The notes under the pieces were generated by a model, which saw only the letters and a list, made by a program, of their open reading frames with translations, was not told the DNA's origin and did no database searches. A stretch of DNA of 64,000 nucleotides from an uncultured Solirubrobacterales bacterium (lineage in GTDB: Bacteria > Actinomycetota > Thermoleophilia > Solirubrobacterales > Solirubrobacteraceae), in assembly GCA_963734425.1 (NCBI GenBank), contig CAVTGW010000006.1, positions 124,295 through 188,294 of the forward strand, read 5' to 3'. Position numbers and translations under genes: made by a program. Positions 58,654-64,000 of the stretch are shown in pieces. The stretch's first letter is position 1, and each line of letters opens with the position of its first letter.

Positions 58654-60200
58654 TTCTTGCCCTTCTTGGCTTCGGCCGTCGATTTCGAGGATTTGGCCGT
58701 TGCCGTCGATTCGGAGGGAAGGTCTTTGAGGGTGGTGCTTGGGTACGTTTCCCCGAACATGTTCTGACGGCGCGTGGTCGTTTCATGGGCGGTGCCCACG
58801 TTGGTCGGTAGATGGCCGATCACGGTCTTGCCGGGCGTGTATGTCTCATTCCCCGCTTCGCACTCCAGCGGCTGTCCCGGCCCGGCGACGTTGGGATAGG
58901 GGTTGTAGTGCAGGTAGTTGTCATTGACCGGCGCACCGGATGATGTTTTGTCTTCGGAGGGCCCGTTCGCCGGGGCCGAGGCGGGTTTGCCCTCGTTGTT
59001 TTCGCCTCGTGGCGCAAGCACGACGCCGGCGCGCGCGAGCGTACCGATGCCGATGCTCTCGGAGAAGACGCTGGCGAGGTTGCGGAAGGCGGTGGTGATG
59101 TAGTTGCAGTTCGTCTGCTCTGGCGCCAGCCCAGCCGTGAGCGGGCTGCCGAGTTGGACGGTGTTGGTCAGATCTTCGAGGCCGAGCGCGACGATCGGAT
59201 CCTTGGCAAAGGATGCGACCGCCTTCGCGGCGGAGGCGATCTCGGTGTTCAGCGCAGTCGCGGCTCTCAGGTTCACCGCGCCCACGGCAAAGGCGTGTCC
59301 CAGCGGCTTTGCGACGGTGACCAGCGCGCTGGCGGTCGGGCGCAGCAGACGCATGAACTCAGCGCCCTTCTCCATAAACGGCGCCTCGTATGCAAAGGAG
59401 TGCGTGGCCTGCCGCAGCGCTTCCGGGCCACCTTGAATCGCCTGTTCGAGCGATGGCGCAACGCCTGCCCACGCCTTGAAGAACGTGTCGAGGTCGCTCC
59501 AGAAGTTGGCTTGGGCCTGCGCGACGGGCGCAATTTCTTTGGAGGCCCTGTCCAGCGCGACCCACAGCTGGCCAAAGCCCGTCTTCGGGGATGCGAGATT
59601 GTGCAGGACAGGTATCGCATTCGTCACCAGCGGCTTCAGTTCCGCGATCGTTTCGTTCAGGCCCAGGCCACGTCCCGCCAAACCGTCTCCGAATTCGATC
59701 AGATCGCGCTGGTTCGCGGTCCTTGTCGCCTTGTTGAACATGTCGAAGAACTGATCGATTTCGACCGGTTCGCGTGCCTGGGATACGGGGATCGTCTGGC
59801 CTTCTTTGAGCATGGCGCTTGAGTTGCCCTTGTTCAGCTGCAAGTACTTCTCACCCACCGCCGAGACCGACTGGACGATCGCCGTGGTGCTCTTGGGGAG
59901 CGGCCCGATCTTCTTTTCGAGCTTGAGTTCGGCGACAGCCGTCACGCGTCCGGTGTGTGGATTCTGGTAGGGCCTCAGCGAACCGACGTCGCCGACCCGG
60001 TCGCCGCCGACCCGCACCTGGTTGCCGTCCTGCAGGCCAGAGGCCTCGGGCAGTTCGACGTTGATGTTGTAGGTGGGTGTGAAGGGCAGCCCCTGGGTAG
60101 CGTTGTATGAGAGATAGACCGCCACCAGCACGATCAACGTGGTGATCGCTCCGATCAGCAACGGACTGCCCATGATCGAGCTGCGGCGGCGCGCGTTCAT
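58650..60200 (-). CDS. MlaD/Mce family protein
   Basis: NQVRVGGDRVG, SAVGEKYLQL, VEIDQFFDMF. Confidence 0.9.
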   Translation of the reverse strand: MNARRRSSIMGSPLLIGAITTLIVLVAVYLSYNATQGLPFTPTYNINVELPEASGLQDGNQVRVGGDRVGDVGSLRPYQNPHTGRVTAVAELKLEKKIGPLPKSTTAIVQSVSAVGEKYLQLNKGNSSAMLKEGQTIPVSQAREPVEIDQFFDMFNKATRTANQRDLIEFGDGLAGRGLGLNETIAELKPLVTNAIPVLHNLASPKTGFGQLWVALDRASKEIAPVAQAQANFWSDLDTFFKAWAGVAPSLEQAIQGGPEALRQATHSFAYEAPFMEKGAEFMRLLRPTASALVTVAKPLGHAFAVGAVNLRAATALNTEIASAAKAVASFAKDPIVALGLEDLTNTVQLGSPLTAGLAPEQTNCNYITTAFRNLASVFSESIGIGTLARAGVVLAPRGENNEGKPASAPANGPSEDKTSSGAPVNDNYLHYNPYPNVAGPGQPLECEAGNETYTPGKTVIGHLPTNVGTAHETTTRRQNMFGETYPSTTLKDLPSESTATAKSSKSTAEAKKGKK

Positions 60201-61609
60201 GGCGTCTGGGAGGGGTCGCAGTCGAGCGCCCCGTTGTCGGTGAATGGTGAGGACCCGTCGGCTGCCGGCTGGGTGGCCGCGCCGGGGCAGCGCCGCAGCT
60301 GGTCGGTCTTGATGCCTTCCAGGCCTTCCTGGGGGGTGACCGCTGTGAGGGTATTGTTTTCGCCGAGTTTGAAGTCCGCGAAGTCCGGGGTGACACGCGC
60401 GTAGTGGCCGTTGGCGTCGTAGTAGCCGGCGCCCGCGCCGAAGTCGCGGAAGAGACCCTCGAAGTCGGGGGTGTAGGGGCCAAAGAACGCGGTGATGGGG
60501 ACCGATTCCTGCAGTGCTTTGCTGATGTTGGGCTCCGAGGCTTCGAGCGCCTGCGCGAGCGCGGGCTGTTCGAGCGCGATATCGGTGAGGTCGTTGGCGG
60601 GCCCGGGCTTGCTGATGACGGCGCTGAAGTTGCGAAGCACAGGTGTGGCGACGCTCATAAGCGACCGCAAGCGCGCGAAGAACGGAGCGAGGTTCTTCGT
60701 GCCCGGCTTGGCGACGTTGACCAGCTTCGTGAGCGCGCTGAGCGTCGAGGGCAGCTGCACGAGAGCGCGATTGCCTTCGTGCAGGGCGCGCGGGAGTTCC
60801 TGGAAGCCCTTCCCAAGATTTTCCTGCTGAGCGCCGATCGCCTGGAAGGTCGTGTCGGCGTTGGCGACCAGGCCGGTCAGCGCCGCCTTGTGGGCGGCGA
60901 TCGATGTGACTGCCTTGGCCGCGGTGACCAGAAACGCGGTGAAGCTGCTCTGTTCGCGCGCGAGCTCTTCGAAGAGGTGGTTGCCGGCGGCAAACGCCGG
61001 GGGCAGATACGCCGTGGCGACGTTCAATTCAGAGCCGGTGCCTTCATACTGCTTGGCAGAGCCCAGGATGATGTTCGCCAGCCCTTCGCGCGTCTTGGGG
61101 TTGAAGGTGTTGAAGAGCTGATCGAGATCGACGACGCCCTGCACGGCGCTGCCCTGGAGCGTTGCGCCGGGAGGAAGCGTCGGATTGCTGTTGGGCCCGG
61201 GCGAGAGCGCGACGTAGCGGTTCGCCACCCCGAACAACGATGGCACTCGGATCGCGGCGGTCGTGCCCGTGTGCAAAGGCGTGAGCCCCGAGTTGACGTG
61301 GATCGTCACACGTGCCTTGTAGTCGTTGGTCAGGGTGATGTTCTTGACGCTTCCAACCGGCACGCCGCCGACCTGGACCTGGTCGCCTCTCACCAGCTGG
61401 CCGGCGTTTTCGAAGACCAGCTGATAGGTGGCCCCCCCACCGCCGGCAAAGATCAAATAGGCGATGATCAGCACGACCAGCGCCAGGGCGCCGATGGCGC
61501 CGATTCGCGCGCCTGACAGCGGCGAGCCGACCCGTCCGCTCGGCTTGCCGGGGCTTGGCCCCATGGAGGGAGCGCCTGGGCGACTAGCCGTTGCCACTTG
61601 GTTCCTCAC
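60197..61609 (-). CDS. MlaD/Mce family protein
   Basis: LVRGDQVQVGGVPVG, SLFGVANRYVAL.PG, VDLDQLFNTF. Confidence 0.9.
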   Translation of the reverse strand: MRNQVATASRPGAPSMGPSPGKPSGRVGSPLSGARIGAIGALALVVLIIAYLIFAGGGGATYQLVFENAGQLVRGDQVQVGGVPVGSVKNITLTNDYKARVTIHVNSGLTPLHTGTTAAIRVPSLFGVANRYVALSPGPNSNPTLPPGATLQGSAVQGVVDLDQLFNTFNPKTREGLANIILGSAKQYEGTGSELNVATAYLPPAFAAGNHLFEELAREQSSFTAFLVTAAKAVTSIAAHKAALTGLVANADTTFQAIGAQQENLGKGFQELPRALHEGNRALVQLPSTLSALTKLVNVAKPGTKNLAPFFARLRSLMSVATPVLRNFSAVISKPGPANDLTDIALEQPALAQALEASEPNISKALQESVPITAFFGPYTPDFEGLFRDFGAGAGYYDANGHYARVTPDFADFKLGENNTLTAVTPQEGLEGIKTDQLRRCPGAATQPAADGSSPFTDNGALDCDPSQTP

Positions 61610-63830
61610 CTTGGGAGAGCGTACGCGGCGGGTCGGGAATCGCGGCGGCCGAATGGCCGGAGCGCACCACCGGGCTCGGTATCTGGCCGAGGCGGTCGAT
61701 CAGCGCCACCCATTGGCTCGCGCTCAGCAGTGAGCCATCGCTGCCGGCGATACGCGCCTTGGAGCCCTTCGGAACGCTGAACTCCGTTGGACCGAAGGCG
61801 ACGCCGATCAGATCTGGGCTGTCGGTGACCTCGACGCCTTTGCGAGCTCCCGTCCGACTCGTGGGGGCCTCGATCTGCGCAGGCTTCATCGTGCCCTGCA
61901 GGCCGAGGAGCCTACTCATCACCTCGTCGACGACGGATCCAGGACCTTCGTGGCCGGCGATCGGCGTTCCATTGATCGCCGAGATGCCGACGGCGTCGCC
62001 ATCGGCATAGCCGGAGAGAGCCCCGGGCGCCGCGAGCTGGGTGTCCCCGCACTTCAGGGCCGAGACGGTCGGCTGCAGGCCCGAGACCGAGAGGAACTCG
62101 AGCGTCGCCAGCACACGGCGGTCGATCTCCCCGGACTGGATGTCATCGCGCCCGCATCGGTAGATGTGGATGCCCTTGTCACTCAGGACCTGCTGCTGGA
62201 GCTGGCTACGGGACTCCAGCAGGACCTGCCCGGCGGTGGGTGAGCTCGTCGCGAACGGGCTCCCTCCCTTGGCCCTGAAGATCGACGTGTCTTCCAACTC
62301 CACCCAGCCATCGAGGATCGGCTTGGGATCGATCAGCGAAGCGCCCACGCCTGCCGGCCGGATCTGGAAGAGAATGTGCGGCGCCTGTGGGACGCTCCCA
62401 GGAGTCACGGGCGAATCCGAGCTGACTTCGCCTTCAGTGCCTGTACCGAGGTGTCCCAGGACCGTGCCTGCGATCACGCTCACGCCGGGATGCAGCGGAT
62501 GCAGATAGACCTCCTCGGGACCGGCTTGGAAGTGCTGCGGGGATGCGCCGGATTCGGGCGAGGGCGGCGCTGAGGGGCTGGTCGTCGAAGAGCCCGCTTC
62601 GCTCGCCGGCGCGACGGGCCCGGTCGTCGGCGGAGCCGGTTCGCTCGCCGCGGTGGCGGATTCGCTCGCGCTCGATTCACGCGGCACGAGCACGGGATAT
62701 ACAGACGCGACGCTGCCCAGCTCGGCGTAGGTATAGGTGTTGCCATAGGAGTCGCGCAGCGATATGTAGCGGCCGAGCGTCGGCGACTGGCCGAGCGCCG
62801 TGACTTCGCCGTCCTGTACCGCGATCACAGGCGCTCCCGCTTCGGAGTAGATGACGGTCCCCGCGAGCGACTGAGCGGGGCTGGTCGGGGTGGCTGGGGC
62901 GAGGGGGAAGCCGTCGCTGAAGTGCGCTGAGGCATGCACCGGAAAGCGGGCTTCGCTGAGACCGGTGATCGCGCTGAGCAGGCCTGGAGGGGTCCCGCCC
63001 AACAGCTCGGCGCGCAGCATGACCGACTCGACGTATGTCTGGGAGTGGTTGTAGGCGTAGACGGCCCCACGGATGTTGTGAGCTCCGCCGGCCGCCGCGA
63101 GATACCTCGCGGCCGTGAAGATCGCGTCGACGGGGTTGTAGGGATCCTCATAGCCGTCGTTGGTGACATCCAGCCCGTACTGCTGCCACTCCGCTGGGAG
63201 GAACTGCATCCAGCCCTCAGCGCCGGCGCTGGAGACATTGACATCACGTCCATAGTCGGTCTCGACTTCGTTGATCGCGGCCAGCACCTGCCAGGGGATG
63301 TCATAAGCGGTGCCCGCCGCCTGGTAGATCGGAAGCAGGAAGGGCGGGATGCTGAACGTGGATATGAAGAAATCGGGTATGTCAGAGCCGGCAAGCGAGA
63401 GCTTGAAGGGCAGCGGCGGTGTCTGCGCGGAGGGCGAGACAGTTTCGCGACGAGCACGGCCCACGCCTTTGGTCTGCGTCTGAAGGCGGCGGCGATTTCT
63501 CGCGTGGGTCGATGCACCGGTAACCCGCGGAGCGCTGGTCGCCTGCGGAAGCTGGGCTTGGACCTCGGGCGTCGCCGCGGTGGTGGCGGTCGTCGTTGTA
63601 GTGCTTTCCGTTTCGCTGACGACAGGGACCGCCGGCGTTGCACTTGTGCTCGTTTCCGGCGCAGGGGCCGACGAGGTGGTCGTGGTGGTGTTCGCGAGCG
63701 TCGTGGAGGAGCTCGTGGAGGAGGCGGTGCTCTGTTCTTCGGCGGCGCCCGCGCTCGCCGGTCCGATCACCAGCGCAAGCGTCGCCAGAACGCCCATGAA
63801 TGCGAAGCGGATCTTTCTGTCCATGCCCAT
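61584..63830 (-). CDS. Secreted lytic transglycosylase (SLT) + degenerate M23 + C-terminal domain
   Basis: WQVLAAINEVET, GAEGWMQF, YNHS (SLT); PVIAVQDG ... YTYAELG ... PHILFQI (M23 fold lacking His ligands). Confidence 0.8.
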   Translation of the reverse strand: MGMDRKIRFAFMGVLATLALVIGPASAGAAEEQSTASSTSSSTTLANTTTTTSSAPAPETSTSATPAVPVVSETESTTTTTATTAATPEVQAQLPQATSAPRVTGASTHARNRRRLQTQTKGVGRARRETVSPSAQTPPLPFKLSLAGSDIPDFFISTFSIPPFLLPIYQAAGTAYDIPWQVLAAINEVETDYGRDVNVSSAGAEGWMQFLPAEWQQYGLDVTNDGYEDPYNPVDAIFTAARYLAAAGGAHNIRGAVYAYNHSQTYVESVMLRAELLGGTPPGLLSAITGLSEARFPVHASAHFSDGFPLAPATPTSPAQSLAGTVIYSEAGAPVIAVQDGEVTALGQSPTLGRYISLRDSYGNTYTYAELGSVASVYPVLVPRESSASESATAASEPAPPTTGPVAPASEAGSSTTSPSAPPSPESGASPQHFQAGPEEVYLHPLHPGVSVIAGTVLGHLGTGTEGEVSSDSPVTPGSVPQAPHILFQIRPAGVGASLIDPKPILDGWVELEDTSIFRAKGGSPFATSSPTAGQVLLESRSQLQQQVLSDKGIHIYRCGRDDIQSGEIDRRVLATLEFLSVSGLQPTVSALKCGDTQLAAPGALSGYADGDAVGISAINGTPIAGHEGPGSVVDEVMSRLLGLQGTMKPAQIEAPTSRTGARKGVEVTDSPDLIGVAFGPTEFSVPKGSKARIAGSDGSLLSASQWVALIDRLGQIPSPVVRSGHSAAAIPDPPRTLSQGEEPSGNG

Positions 63831-63835
63831 ATCGC

Positions 63836-64000
63836 TCAGTTGCCCAACAGGTAGTTGAGAAGGCCGCCCGAGCCCGAGCCTTCTTCAACCGGCTTGTAGT
63901 AGGTGGTGCCTGCCGCAGCGCCTCCTACCGGCTGGACAGTGGTGTGGGGGGTCGCGGGAGCGCTCGACGGGGAGCTTTCGCTCGATTCGGTGCCCGGGTA
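63836..64000 (-). CDS. C-terminal fragment of upstream gene, probably another Mce protein
   Basis: Open frame YPGTESS...GGLLNYLLGN*; the LL(D/N)YLLG ending is one I recall from Mce proteins of this lineage (unverified). Confidence 0.5.
   Translation of the reverse strand, partial: YPGTESSESSPSSAPATPHTTVQPVGGAAAGTTYYKPVEEGSGSGGLLNYLLGN

Noticed and set aside
63940-63955. Possible frameshift in a G6 run of the terminal ORF
   Set aside because: Re-translation shows the frame is open from 64000 to the stop at 63836.

Overview
High-GC actinobacterial chromosome segment. Gene content and protein style point to Thermoleophilia/Solirubrobacterales (inference). 1-20.8 kb is an accessory region lying downstream of the 3' end of a tRNA-Gly(CCC), with no integrase seen. 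It holds YhcG/DUF1016, PhzF, two or three toxin-antitoxin modules, an AT-richer cluster of three secreted proteins (4-repeat Cys protein, FN3/beta-propeller protein, collagen-like protein) divergent from a PadR + degenerate ABC-ATPase pair, and an MBOAT/SGNH O-acylation cluster. 21-48 kb is mostly housekeeping: tlpA-ccmH, argS, rlmH, a phosphoesterase-lipoprotein-Ser/Thr kinase operon, tgt, uvrC-rapZ-gap-pgk-tpiA-gpmI, ABC-F, and a fatty acyl-CoA reductase/ABC cluster. 48-53 kb is an imuB-small ORF-dnaE2 cassette with a LexA box. 53-64 kb is an Mce operon with an embedded lytic-transglycosylase/dead-M23 gene. Most notable non-obvious signals: (1) a palindrome TTGTGCAA-N7-TTGCACAA inside yhcG, copied again just after its stop; (2) repeated duplication of gene junctions creating unannotated micro-ORFs that preserve stop/start coupling; (3) a multi-domain peptidoglycan enzyme inside the Mce operon. 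Three single-base frameshifts may be sequencing errors. All homology calls are from motif recognition only; no searches were run.
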